Below, one piece after another: positions 12,930-23,508 of a stretch of DNA of 64,000 bases. Each line of letters starts with the position of its first letter. Within the stretch, counting starts at the first letter, position 1. The stretch is from NCBI GenBank assembly GCA_000002445.1, contig CP000068.1, positions 1,504,001 through 1,568,000 of the forward strand. Reading direction: 5' to 3'. The translations under genes were made by a program, and so were the position numbers. Below the pieces are notes generated by a model that worked only from the letters and a program-made list of their open reading frames with translations, had not been told where the DNA came from and made no database searches. Origin of the DNA: Trypanosoma brucei. Taxonomy: Eukaryota.

Positions 12930-13850
12930 TCGGCGATGCTCCGGCGGGTGGAGTAAAAAATCTTTTATATCCGCCGTAGCGGAGCCTCCGGCTGATGCAA
13001 CCGAAAAAAAGAACAAAAAATGAATTCCAAAAATTTCAAAGGTTAAAAAAGGCCATAAAATGGGGAAAAACGCGGAAGCGAAAAAAAAACGGTAAAAAAC
13101 AAAAAATGATTTAAAGTAACGAAAAAAAATGTCGCCGTGGGGGCTAATAAAAAAATTACAAAACTCAAAAAAATTTTAAATTGAATGTGTAACAAAAAAA
13201 TGATTAAAAAATGGTGAAGTAAAAAACATTGAAATTCAAATTAAAAAACTCGAAATGTTTTTTAAAAATCAAGAATGTTAAAAAATTTTAACACTAAAAA
13301 AAATAAAATCAATAACAAAATTGAAAGCCGCTTGTAGAAAAGCCAAGACAAAAAACAAAAAAAACTCGATGACACAAGATATAAACAGCCAAAAAAACCG
13401 TAGAAATTTGTCAAAAAGAGGGGGGAATTGAGTCGGTGGCGTTGGTGAAAAAAAATGTCAAAAGTGTAAAAATCAAAAATTTCTCGAAAAGGAACACAAA
13501 AAAGAAAAATTAAACGCCGCTGCTAAGCTGCAGACTCATAGGGGTTAGGGTGCGCATAACAAAGCAGCCGTCGCTTCATTAAAATTTTGAAAAAGATCTA
13601 AAGCCGCGCTGTTTCGCTGCTAGAAAAAAAAATATTAGTATCAGGGGAAATAAACATAACCCTAAGCCTGGAAACCCTCCCTAATCTACCTACCAACTTC
13701 GTACCTCCCTACCCACCTCCTCTCCTGCCTCGCTGCACAAAAAATTCAAAAAGAAAAAAATGGAAAATATTCTTTTATTTGTTAGAAAAAAATTTACAGA
13801 ATCAGAAACTTACTACCAGCTAACACATACAATATCCTCGACTGATTTTA
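12930..13850. repeat. A-rich low-complexity island with degenerate telomere hexamers (island 1). Plus strand has GGGGTTAGGG at 13541-13550 and CCCTAA-like units at 13659-13686
   Basis: Plus strand reads …cataggggttagggtgcgcataacaaagcagccg… and …aaacataaccctaagcctggaaaccctccctaatctacctacc…. It is paralogous to 22220..23430. It sits between the 3'UTR of VSG 13925..15543 and the VSG fragment at 12719..12928. Confidence 0.7.
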
Positions 13851-13924
13851 GGTGTTAAAATATATCAAATAGCAAGAATTTATCAAAAATTTTTTTAATA
13901 AAAAGAGAGGGGAAAAATTTGTTT

Positions 13925-15543
13925 TAGAAAAGCAAGGCCACAAAGGCAGCAGAAACCACGCTGAGGACGAATTGATTGTTTACTAGAAAACTGTAATCAT
14001 GGCATTTATAACCTGATTTGTCAGATCCATCAGTATTTTCTCCTTTCCAGCCACAAACTTTGGTAGTCTTACCTTCATTGGCCTTCTCACAGGTCGCCTG
14101 GTCTTTATGATCGGAGCATTTTACACCCTCGTCAGTTGATCCTGCAGTTTGAGTTTAGGTTACAGGGACGCCGTTTTTAGTGGCTTTGGTGGCATTGTAT
14201 TTCCACTTCTTATCTGTACTCTCTGTTTCATCATAAGTACAGAAATCCTTGGAATCGCAGGCATTTTTGTCCGCGTGGTGTGCTGCACACTCTTTCTGAG
14301 TCTGTGAGATTCTGTCGTCGGTTACTGACTTTGTTGCAAAATTTTTAATTTTGTCTTGCTGTTCAAGTAGCTCAAATGCCGCTTTTGCTTGGTAGTGAAG
14401 GAGTATTAACTCCAATTGCTTGGTATTAGTCTGAGAAATTAGCTTTGGGTCTTCTTGAGCTGTTGGGCTTACCAGCTCTTTGGGAATCGTCGCTGCTTGC
14501 ATCTCCTTCCATACTTTTTTGAGGCTGAGGTCTTTGTCGGTGGCGTAATGGTCTTTGATGGCGGCGTCTACCGTTGTTTGGTCTGTTTTCGCGTCGTAAT
14601 GTCCTGCTTGTTTTAAGAAAAAAATTTTGACGGCTCTTTTGAACTCTGTGGATGTCGTTATATCGGCGCTGTCTGGGTCGATCTTTTTTGCGGCAGTTAA
14701 AAGGCCGCTTGTTCTCCAGTTGTTCTGCGCGACCTGCGCTGCGTGCATGTCTTTTGGTGTCGTCCCTGCGTCTGCGGCGTCGAACGTCCCGAAGGGTGCG
14801 TGTTTGATCGAGTCGTCGCTTTGTATTAGTGTCAGGTACCCGGCTGCCATGGTTATATCCTTGTGGTTGCCGGCTGTTTCTACGAGACTGCCTGCCGCGG
14901 TTTTAAAGATGTTGCATGTGGGCGTGCCGGCCATCCGGGCCGCTGCTGAATGGTCGCTTGTGCTTGGTTTAAATAGCTTGTCTGGGTCGCCGCTATATGT
15001 TTTTGGATGTACTTTGCCTGTTGTGTCGGTTGCTAGTGCACATTGCGCCAGTGTGGTTGCCCCTTCTACTGTTGTTGTGCCTGCGATTTTCTCCAGGCAG
15101 CCGTGTGTGCCTGAGGTTGAGTAGCTGTCCGCTGCGATCGAGATGAATTCGGCTAGGCGTCCCCTTACGAAAGAAGTAGCTTGCGCTGCTGCCGGTGCCA
15201 TTTTAACGCCTTGAGTGGTTGTGTCAGTTGGCATTGCCGTTTTGGCCGCTATGCCCGCTATTAGTGGTAAAAGCTTCAGCCTCTTGGCCGGTTCCGCCTG
15301 GGAGGCGTAAATGCTTAGTTGAAGAGCGAGCTTTCGATTGTCTTCACTGTTTTCTAAGCTCTGCGCTAGGCTCTGTGACTGTTCGTTGAAGACCGCTGCT
15401 AGATTCGTTGTCATCTCACATATGGGCGTCCAAGTGCCGTGCGTTAACGCCTTGCCCGCGTTTCCGGTCGCCAGCGCTGATTGCACGAGCACGGATAACG
15501 CCATAAGGCCTAGCCGTAAGGTGAACTCTTGCTTACTTAGCAT
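13925..15543 (-). pseudogene. VSG, near-intact (A-type; signal peptide MLSKQEFTLRLGLMALSVLVQSALA; WTPIC); one in-frame TAA at 14155-14157 separates the 462-aa ORF from the last ~75 codons
   Basis: ORF 14155..15543 ends …TKNGVPVT*. The same frame continues TQTAGSTDEGVKCSDHKDQATCEKANEGKTTKVCGWKGENTDGSDKSGYKCHDYSFLVNNQFVLSVVSAAFVALLF* to 13925, giving a complete C-terminal domain and GPI signal. The 16-mer is at 13852. Confidence 0.85.
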
Positions 15544-16389
15544 CGTTTGTATCTAGATGTTATACACTTGAAGTATTGTTGGGTCTGTCTGAATGGGTTG
15601 TAAGCTTCCACTTGCTTGGCAGTAGCCTTTTGGTCTCGCGTGTATTAAAGGATTCGAAGTTATGGTGCACACCTTTGGTTTGCACCGTTACTTCTGCTGT
15701 TTGATGATTTCCTTTTGGTTTTGCTGTGCCGAAAGAAACTCAATTCTTTTTTCAATGGAAACACCTTCAAAGCCGCTATTACCCTTACGCCTCCACTAGC
15801 TCCTTTGCCAAAAACCTCTCTACAATGCATATCATAACATTAAGGAAAAAATATAAAAAGAACCTGCTTCCAACACCACATCCCGCATTTCTGCCTTGGA
15901 ACCTATGTTTGCCTACTGCCATAACATTCAAAATGGAACGTTGATTCTATAAAACTACGCCCGTGGCCTTACGTTTTGTTAGCTGGATCAGACACCACAT
16001 TAAAACCACAAATGGTTCTATATCCGCTATTATATTTACCAATTATAAAGTAAAACAAGAAAATAATTATAGTATTTTCCTCTACTATTGAATTATTTTC
16101 ATTTGCATTGTCTGGTATTCTGTTATTTTACTCCGTATTTTTTTCTTTTTGTGTTTCCTCAACTGCAGATAGAATAGCGACTGAATTTGGCTTACACACT
16201 GGGCTCTTTATCTACCTTATATTTCCTTTAAAACCATTTTGTATGGTGATGTAGATTCATTTATTTTCGAAACTGCACACATAACATACCCATCTCTCTC
16301 GCTGTCCCTACTCCTTTCCCTCGTTTACTCCTATTGCGTCTTTGATATTCTGTCAACTGCTTCTCCTTTAGCTGTGCATTTAGTCTTCC

Positions 16390-16540
16390 ACACAATTTTA
16401 GTATACACACTCACAACACTCTCTTATCATTATCATGATTATTATTATTATTTGTGTTGTTATTACAGCTCTCATTAATATATTAGTATATACACACGCG
16501 CAACACACTCCTATAATTTTTATAATATTTATTCACTGAT
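16390..16540 (-). repeat. Two 70-bp repeat units
   Basis: gtatacacactcacaacactctcttatcattatcatgattattattatta … tatattagtatatacacacgcgcaacacactcctataattttt. Confidence 0.8.
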
Positions 16541-16763
16541 ATTGTTGTTATAACCGTAATTAATATTCATAAAATAAGTTAAGTTAGTTTTTTTATAATA
16601 TCATTCATTTTTAATACCCTGTCACTTTACTTCTACTTTGGAACCGTAGGCTATTACCATACACAATTTAAAAATTTCATTTTTTTTAAAAATTTGTACA
16701 TTTTCATCGAAAAGTTTTAAAGTGTATTTTAAATTATACAAAATTTTATAGGTTTCATGGATT

Positions 16764-18365
16764 TTATAAAATTAAGCAAAAATCCTTATAATTCTCAAAT
16801 GCTACCAAACCCACAAAAGCAGCAGAAACCACGCTGAAAGCGATTTTCTTATCGGGGAGAAAACTGGAATCATGGCACATTTCTTTTTCGGGCTCAGGTT
16901 CACCACCATTACCCTTCCTCCATGCACAATTTTGCTTGTCGCCTGTTTTGTCATTTTCACAAGCGAGTTTATCTTTGTGCGCTGTACACCTATTTGTAGC
17001 TGCTGCTTCCCCTGCTTGGTTTCCTGTTGTTTCTGCTGTGTTTTCCTTTACTGGTTTAGGTTTGCAACTGTTACCATCTGTGGCCTTCTCATCATACTCG
17101 CAGTGCTCGGTTGGGCATTCGGTGGGGGTTGTATTTTGCGGTTTGCATTTCCCCTCTTCTGCTTGCTGGGTTCTGCGGTCGAGTGTAGGGGGTGCTGGAG
17201 GAAATTCTGTTAGTGCCGGCTGGCGCCCAAGAACTTTCAGAGCTGCTATTTGTTGCCGCGCCTCTGCCTGCAGTAGGTGCACTGCCCTGTTGTGTTTGTT
17301 GACCTTGCCGATGTCATTGCTGAGGTTGATGATCTTGCTTACCCATGGAAGCTGCTTGAATTTAGTGTCATCATCTGATGTCAGACCGCTTATTTTTACA
17401 CAGAAACCGTTTGCGTTGTGGCCTTGGCAGTTCCCTGTCTTGAATGTTCTTAGGTAGCCGTTGCCGCTGTTTATGCTGATAGTTGAGTAAATGTCTCTTA
17501 GTGTATTTACCAGCAATTCGGGTGTGACCGTTGTGTCTTGCATCGCTGGACAGCCGTCGATTAGTGCCTTTACGTCTGTCATCTGTGGGCCGCCGGTTGC
17601 CGCTTCCCATTGGATTGCTGCGCCCGAGTGGTCGCAAATCTGATCGCCTGTTTGACCGTTACCTTTGATACACAGGCAGGCAAAGACGGCGCCTATAGTC
17701 GCCGCACCATTTGTGTTGTCTTTCGCTTCGCATGTTGTTTGCATGTTGGCTGCGGCCGCTGTTGCAAATAGGTTGTCTTTTATCGGTAACGTCAGGACAC
17801 CGTCCGCTGCTCCCGTTATCGCTGCTACTAGCTCTTTCTTTATGTCTTCCTTCGTGACCTGTTTGGTGTTTGTGATGTCATCCGCCAGTGCTGCTGCTTT
17901 TGCGTTCACTATCACTAGTGCTCGTTCGACAAATGTTTTGATGTACTTGGCGTTCGCTGGTGCTGCTGTTTGCAGATTAAACCTTTTCATTGTGCTCTTA
18001 TCTGTGTCTGCTTTTGCTAGTTTTGCTGCTTGCAGCCATCTGCCCCAGTTGTCTGACCATCCCGGGTTCGATTTCAGCTGGGTGGGTATCTCCGCTATGT
18101 CGTCTTTGTCGTTGCCGTCTTTGAAGAAGAGGTCCAACCACGTGGGATCGGAAAGCGTGGCGTTTATAGTTTCTAGGTCCGTCAGCTCCTGCGGCGTTAC
18201 TGGTAGTTGTGCTTCTGGTGCCGTCGGATTTCTTGCTAACCCTACAAATGTGCACAGTTTCTTGTAAACATAGCTGTTGTCAGCCGAACCTACATTGCCC
18301 TGGACGTTAGAAACTACGACCATCAGCTCGAAAAAAGCTAATTTGGCGGCGCTGTTTTGTTTCAT
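16764..18365 (-). CDS. VSG, apparently intact (533 aa; B-type N-domain; Cys-rich C-terminal domain; extended GPI tail …SAAFVGLVAFENYKDFCLIL)
   Basis: A single uninterrupted ORF: MKQNSAAKLAFFELMVVVSNVQG… to …CPTEHCEYDEKATDGNSCKPKP…EMCHDSSFLPDKKIAFSVVSAAF…. A 16-mer-like element sits at about 16715. There are no 70-bp repeats 5' of it; a VSG 5' fragment lies there instead. Confidence 0.85.
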   Translation of the reverse strand: MKQNSAAKLAFFELMVVVSNVQGNVGSADNSYVYKKLCTFVGLARNPTAPEAQLPVTPQELTDLETINATLSDPTWLDLFFKDGNDKDDIAEIPTQLKSNPGWSDNWGRWLQAAKLAKADTDKSTMKRFNLQTAAPANAKYIKTFVERALVIVNAKAAALADDITNTKQVTKEDIKKELVAAITGAADGVLTLPIKDNLFATAAAANMQTTCEAKDNTNGAATIGAVFACLCIKGNGQTGDQICDHSGAAIQWEAATGGPQMTDVKALIDGCPAMQDTTVTPELLVNTLRDIYSTISINSGNGYLRTFKTGNCQGHNANGFCVKISGLTSDDDTKFKQLPWVSKIINLSNDIGKVNKHNRAVHLLQAEARQQIAALKVLGRQPALTEFPPAPPTLDRRTQQAEEGKCKPQNTTPTECPTEHCEYDEKATDGNSCKPKPVKENTAETTGNQAGEAAATNRCTAHKDKLACENDKTGDKQNCAWRKGNGGEPEPEKEMCHDSSFLPDKKIAFSVVSAAFVGLVAFENYKDFCLIL

Positions 18366-19137
18366 CGCTTGGCTGCGACGGTGTTTTTATTCGGGAGTTG
18401 CAGGTCCAACGGCTGAATTTGTTGAGTTTTGCTAGTTGTGTGTCGGCTCCAGCGCTGCTCTTAATATCTGGGGTTTTGTGCTAGCTTGCCTGCTGCAGTT
18501 GCTTTTTTTCTAATTATAATATGCCTTTTTTTCTGTTTGTACCTTGCTGTGTTGGTGCTGTAAGGTCGTGCGGCAGCCTCTTTGGATGGTCTTTATTATT
18601 CTTTTTGCCATTTTGTAGTTTTTGAAAAGTTAACTAGCCTATATGCCGAGCGTAAAGGGTGCTTGATCGTGGATTTGACGTCGTGCTGTGCAACCACGTG
18701 GTAATCAAATAAAAGCGCGGTCAGCTGAGCAGTCTTAGAAGCTTTTCATGGTTTGAAAACCGCTGCTTAGTCTAGTTTTTCTAGAATTGGGTATAAATGT
18801 CTTACAGTAAGCATCTTCTACTTTAGACGAGTCAAATTGAAGCTATAACGTCACTAAAAGGGCCGCAACTAGTTACTGATCTATCAGCGTTTACGGACAC
18901 ATTTTTTTTCTGATGCTTTATTACACAGTACGACAAAGACGTGCCGCCGCTTTTGCGGTCAGTTGCTCAGTCGTACTTTTCTCCTGCTTGTGTCTGTAGA
19001 CAATAGCGGAAATAAATATGTTAAATACAGGAACTTTAAACATGGCTTGTCTACATATCGCTCACTTTAACTGTATAAACATATGGCTACCATGACTTAA
19101 ACTCTTTTTTTACAATTTTCCATTTTAAATTCTAACA

Positions 19138-19160
19138 TATATATATATATATATATATGT
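19138..19160. repeat. (TA)n microsatellite
   Basis: atatatatatatatatatatat. Confidence 0.9.
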
Positions 19161-19199
19161 CTGTTGTATATATAATATGTGGCTCCGTTTTATCGTCAT

Positions 19200-20156
19200 C
19201 CCGTTGTACCTGCTCCTGCGATAGTGCCGAGTACATAGTCGTGGTTGGTCTGGGTACAGTCTTTGTGCGTGAGCGGCGCTGCTATGATAGTTGGCTCCGG
19301 CGCCAGCGATGCTTAGTTTACTGTTGGCGCTATTGCTCCTTGAGAACAAGCTGCCTTTAGTTTGTTGCACTATTATTTAAAGTTAACCGCTCCTGCACTG
19401 ATAGATTTGCCGGAGTTTCCGGTTTCCGCATAGTCGCCGCAGCAAGCTTTGCCACCACTTGTATCGGGTACACCTTTGTTGACGCATAGAAAAATCGCAT
19501 CCTGTAGCAAGTTGCTGCCAGGTTTGGTTTCCGTCGTGCGTGAGGTCTGCAAGCACAATTTGGTTCTGTCCCTCCAGCACCCTCCGAAGGTTAGGTGGAA
19601 ACTTTTTGAGCTTGCTGCTGTGTTTCCATGGACTGCTTTGTTCAGCACTGCAGTTACTGCTGTTGGTTCTAACTGAGCTTTAAGCCCTTGAATTTCGTCG
19701 TTTAAGCTAAGTACTTGCTGCGCTAGTTGCGCTACCCGAGCTTGCGCTACCGACATCCCCTTGTGCTTTAGACATGGTGCGCACACAGCCTTGTTAGCAC
19801 CTGAAAGTTCCTGTTTCCTCTTTACCCAGGTGTCATGGAAGTTGTCCCATCCTTTACTGTTGCTTTGCAATCAGTATTCGCTGAATCTCACGGTTTCGTG
19901 ACTTCTATTCTATTGGTGAACGCATTGTCACTTACTTTCAGATTGATTGCTGAAACTGTCCTCAAGATAGAGTCCACTTCGGCCGATTGCTGTAATTGCC
20001 TAGGTCTAACGGTTGCAAGCCTGATGACTTCACACAGGGCGCAAATGCTGCATTGTTCTCGCTTGCTGCCGAGTTAGCTGTGGTTTTGCCTACGCTAGCA
20101 ATGATTACTGCCGCACAAAATTTCGCTTGCATATTGTTTACTGTGGAAGAACACAA
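19200..20156 (-). pseudogene. VSG 5' fragment (signal peptide, N-terminal and mid domain; no C-terminal domain or 3'UTR)
   Basis: ORF 19962..20156 (…MQAKFCAAVIIASVGKTTANSAAS…) and ORF 19373..19870 (…CAPCLKHKGMSVAQARVAQLAQQVLSLNDEIQGLKAQL…) are VSG-like. No 16-mer or C-terminal domain follows. Confidence 0.7.
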
Positions 20157-21475
20157 AGAACTTATTCAAGAGTAATTTAAGGTCGAGCTATAAAACAATG
20201 AGGTATTTATTTTTACAAATTTAGGTTTTTATAGCCTTTTCGACATCAATTTAAAAAATGTATTTTTTGTAAACAGAGACTGCCAAATAATGTTGTTTCT
20301 GAAGGATTTAGTGTAAATGGAGATAAATGCCTGACACATTAAAATGTGCAAATTACGATAATAAATCATTGTATTTTTCATATGTTAAAATTGTGAAAAT
20401 ATTGGTTTTACACACATTGATCAATGAATATCATTACATAAATTTTGTTTTTCGAGAAATTTATACTTTTACTTACAATTTAAATTGGTCTATTTATACA
20501 CAATCTATGTTCTTCATTTATACCTTCAGTCCGTTAGCTCTAGAAAATAACGTGCATATTTCTAGAACTGAAAATTTTAAGGTTATGCTTTTAAGTGCTT
20601 TTTTTTCGTGATAATTATTCAACATGTACTGGTGAAATAACCATTTAGCACCGCTATTTCGTCACGGTGGCTGTTAGGCTCCTGTTTATTATCTTTATTC
20701 TGGCTTTTTGGTGGCTGCTTTCGCTATCCTTGTACGCTGCAATTTTTTTAATTATCCCTATTAAATAAGGTTTGCTCTGGGTATTAATATTTATCCCTGG
20801 ATCAGTGAATTTCGTTAATTTCTCACCTGTATTCCAGTGTTAAACTGATACATTTTTAATGTTAATTATAAACTTCATTGAGGGTCTCTAAAACTTTATA
20901 TATGTGTTATTTTACGAAGATTACACGTTCTTGTTTTTTTGTTGTTCACAGTAATCCATTAGTTGTCCTTGATTTAAAATAATTCTTCCAATAATATTAT
21001 ATTGTTTCCAACAAATACTGTCCGTTATTGCTTGATATAATGAGAATATTACTTACATATTACCTTATCCATTCCTACTGTTGTCCTTCTGGTTTCTCTT
21101 GTTCACAGCTGGACATTAGGATCCTCCAATAAATTAAAAGCCGCAATAGTTATAACATCTGGAGTAAAATCAATTCATTTTTTTGAGAAAAATATCTGTC
21201 TCTCCAGTGTAAACAGTAGAAGCCTCCGTTTCTTCTGAAAATCCTCTGCTATTCCAGCCTTCAACAACTTTTCTGCTATATCAGGTACAAACATTGCTGT
21301 TTGTCTTTCTGACCCTTTTCTCCCACGTATTTCTTCTCTGTCCAGAGCTGCTGTAGATACAGTGCTTTTATTTCCTTTTATACGTTTAGTGATTTCTACA
21401 TGCATCCTTATAGTTTATGTCGCCACAATTTCAACTCTCGTTTCAGGACAGCTATCACTGTCCATTCAAAAGGCT

Positions 21476-21760
<285 letters not shown>

Positions 21761-22084
21761 TGCAGTTACAACCGTAACTTTATATCTACAAAAAAATGGG
21801 AAATAAAAATAAATTAATATATTACTCATTTTAATATACAATCACCCCACTGGTGTACACACATGCCTCTGTCATACCAAAGTTTTACAAGTGAAGTTTT
21901 TCAAAATTTTCAATGAATTGCACAACTTGCAAAGGGTTGACAAAAAGTGTTATAATATATCATATTTAAAAAACATTTAAATTTTTTTTCAAAATAGCAA
22001 TTTTTATAAATTTTTATAAGTCTCATAAACTTGAGAAAAAGCTTTTACAAATGATTCGTAAAACTTTTATGCTAGAAGAAAAAT

Positions 22085-22215
22085 TACAAGCAAAAAAGAG
22101 GTCTTAATTAGAACAGAATTTATTCTTGAGTTTTTGTAGGGTTTCTATCATTTCCACCAGTTTGCGCTTCTTTTCCTACTTCCTTCTTGATTTCCTCACT
22201 TAATGTGCACATTTT
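22085..22215 (-). pseudogene. VSG C-terminal fragment (degenerate) with 3'UTR (16-mer variant at 21947)
   Basis: Reverse complement reads …GKMCTLSEEIKKEVGKEAQTGGNDRNPTKTQE*, the CTLSEE-type end of a C-terminal domain as in VSG 23509..24969. It abuts island 2 at about 22220. Confidence 0.65.
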
Positions 22216-22219
22216 TCCC

Positions 22220-23430
22220 TAGACGGCTTTTAGGTTAAAAACGTACCTCCGGAAGTTGAGCACCCTTGGCCGGGGTGTGCCAGCGTCAGATGGCGCTGCC
22301 GAAGTTTAATTGCTAATTATAATTATCAGCTGTTCCCCAATATGAGTATTTTTAAATTTATTTCCTCTTTAAAAGCAAATCGTTTCCCGCAGCGAAAGTG
22401 CCACGCGGCAGCGTTTTTGAAAAAAAAAAATTTGCTAGCCGCGTGCACCGCAAAACGCAAAGCTGAAATTCACGAAAGTAAAATAAACATAGGCGTAACG
22501 ATGTGAAGCTGAAAATAAAAAGAAAAAAGAAGCGCGGATAGCTCCAGTGGAAATAAGTGCCAGCCTTGTGCTTAAATAAAAAAAAAGAGCTGCATCACTA
22601 AAAAAATACAAATTTTTTTAGTGATATGAAGCAATCCAGGACGGAGGTGTGGAAAAAAAATTAATTAGCAGTCAGAGGAAAATTAACCCGATAACCCGAA
22701 ACACTCTAACCCTAACCCTGACCCTGACCCGAACCCGCTAACCCGAAACAGCCTGACCCGAAACACCCGCGCAAAAATGGGCAAAGAAAAAGTTGAGTGC
22801 TAAAACAAAAAAATTTAAAAAATCAAATCGCAAAAAAAAAATAAAAAAATCAAAATAAAAAACCAAAAACCGCGCAAAAACCGAAAATTAAAAGAAAAGA
22901 TTAAAAAAAATTTAAAAAATTGGAGCTTCGCGGGGTCGTGGGGGGGGGGAGGAGGGTTAGGGTCCGCATAACAAAAGAGCCGGTGCACGACTAAAGAAAA
23001 AAAAATTTAAAAAAACACAAAAAAATAAATTAAAAGCCAGCGCAACACAAAACTGCCGCTGCATCACTAATATGAAAAAAAGAAATTAAACGTCAGTGAA
23101 AAAAAGGAGGATCTGCTGCATCACTAAAAGAAAAAACTAAAACAATCCGCGATGGAGGTGTGAGTTGAAAAAAAAATTAATTAGCAGGAAGAGAGAAAAA
23201 TTAACCCTAACCGAGTAACCCTAAGCCTAATCCTAATCCTAACCCTAACCCTAACCCTAACTAACTAACCTAACCTAATTAACCACCCCCCCCATTCCTA
23301 CCTACCCCCCCCCCCACTTCCACAAAAAAAAACGGGAAAAGAAGGGAAAAAATTTTAAGTTATCAGAAAAAATTTCTAGACAATCAGACAGTCAACTTAC
23401 AAAAAACAGCTCAATTTTTTCGGCGGAATT
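22220..23430. repeat. A-rich island with degenerate telomere hexamers (island 2). C-strand-like tracts at 22701-22760 and 23203-23280; GGGTTAGGG at 22954-22962; G10 and C-rich homopolymers
   Basis: Plus strand reads …ctctaaccctaaccctgaccctgacccgaacccgctaacccgaaa…, …ggagggttagggtccgcataacaaaagagccggtgc… and …ttaaccctaaccgagtaaccctaagcctaatcctaatcctaaccctaaccctaaccctaactaactaacc…. An internal duplication is present (…ggaggtgtggaaaaaaaattaattagcag… at 22650 and 23150). Confidence 0.75.
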
Positions 23431-23508
23431 TAAAAGTGTTAAAATATATCAGAAAGTTTTTCAAGGAGCAAATTTTTAGCAAATTTCTTTTAAAAAGAGG
23501 GGAGGGAT

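Noticed and set aside
13203-13290. Possibility that the CCCTAA/TTAGGG tracts mark a genuine chromosome end or a CRISPR-like array
   Set aside because: The tracts are short (5 or fewer near-perfect hexamers), degenerate, and flanked on both sides by unique VSG-containing sequence. The regularly spaced repeats in the window are imperfect 70-bp repeat units about 4 kb apart in a eukaryotic gene array, not CRISPR repeats.
17665-18267. Long plus-strand ORFs inside VSG genes (for example 17665..18267, 16936..17457, 24077..24613, 27655..28122, 31084..31605, 55232..55786, 56530..57018)
   Set aside because: They lie antisense to clearly recognisable minus-strand VSG coding sequence. They are Ser/Ala/Cys/Leu-rich with no family resemblance, as expected from stop-poor reverse frames of GC-richer coding DNA.
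21175-21405. Minus ORF 21175..21405 (76 aa, …DREEIRGRKGSERQTAMFVPDIAEKLLKAGIAEDFQ…) as a possible real gene
   Set aside because: It is short and isolated, with no recognisable family motif and no signal or 3'UTR context. It cannot be supported from sequence alone, and is left as an unexplained ORF in an AT-rich spacer.
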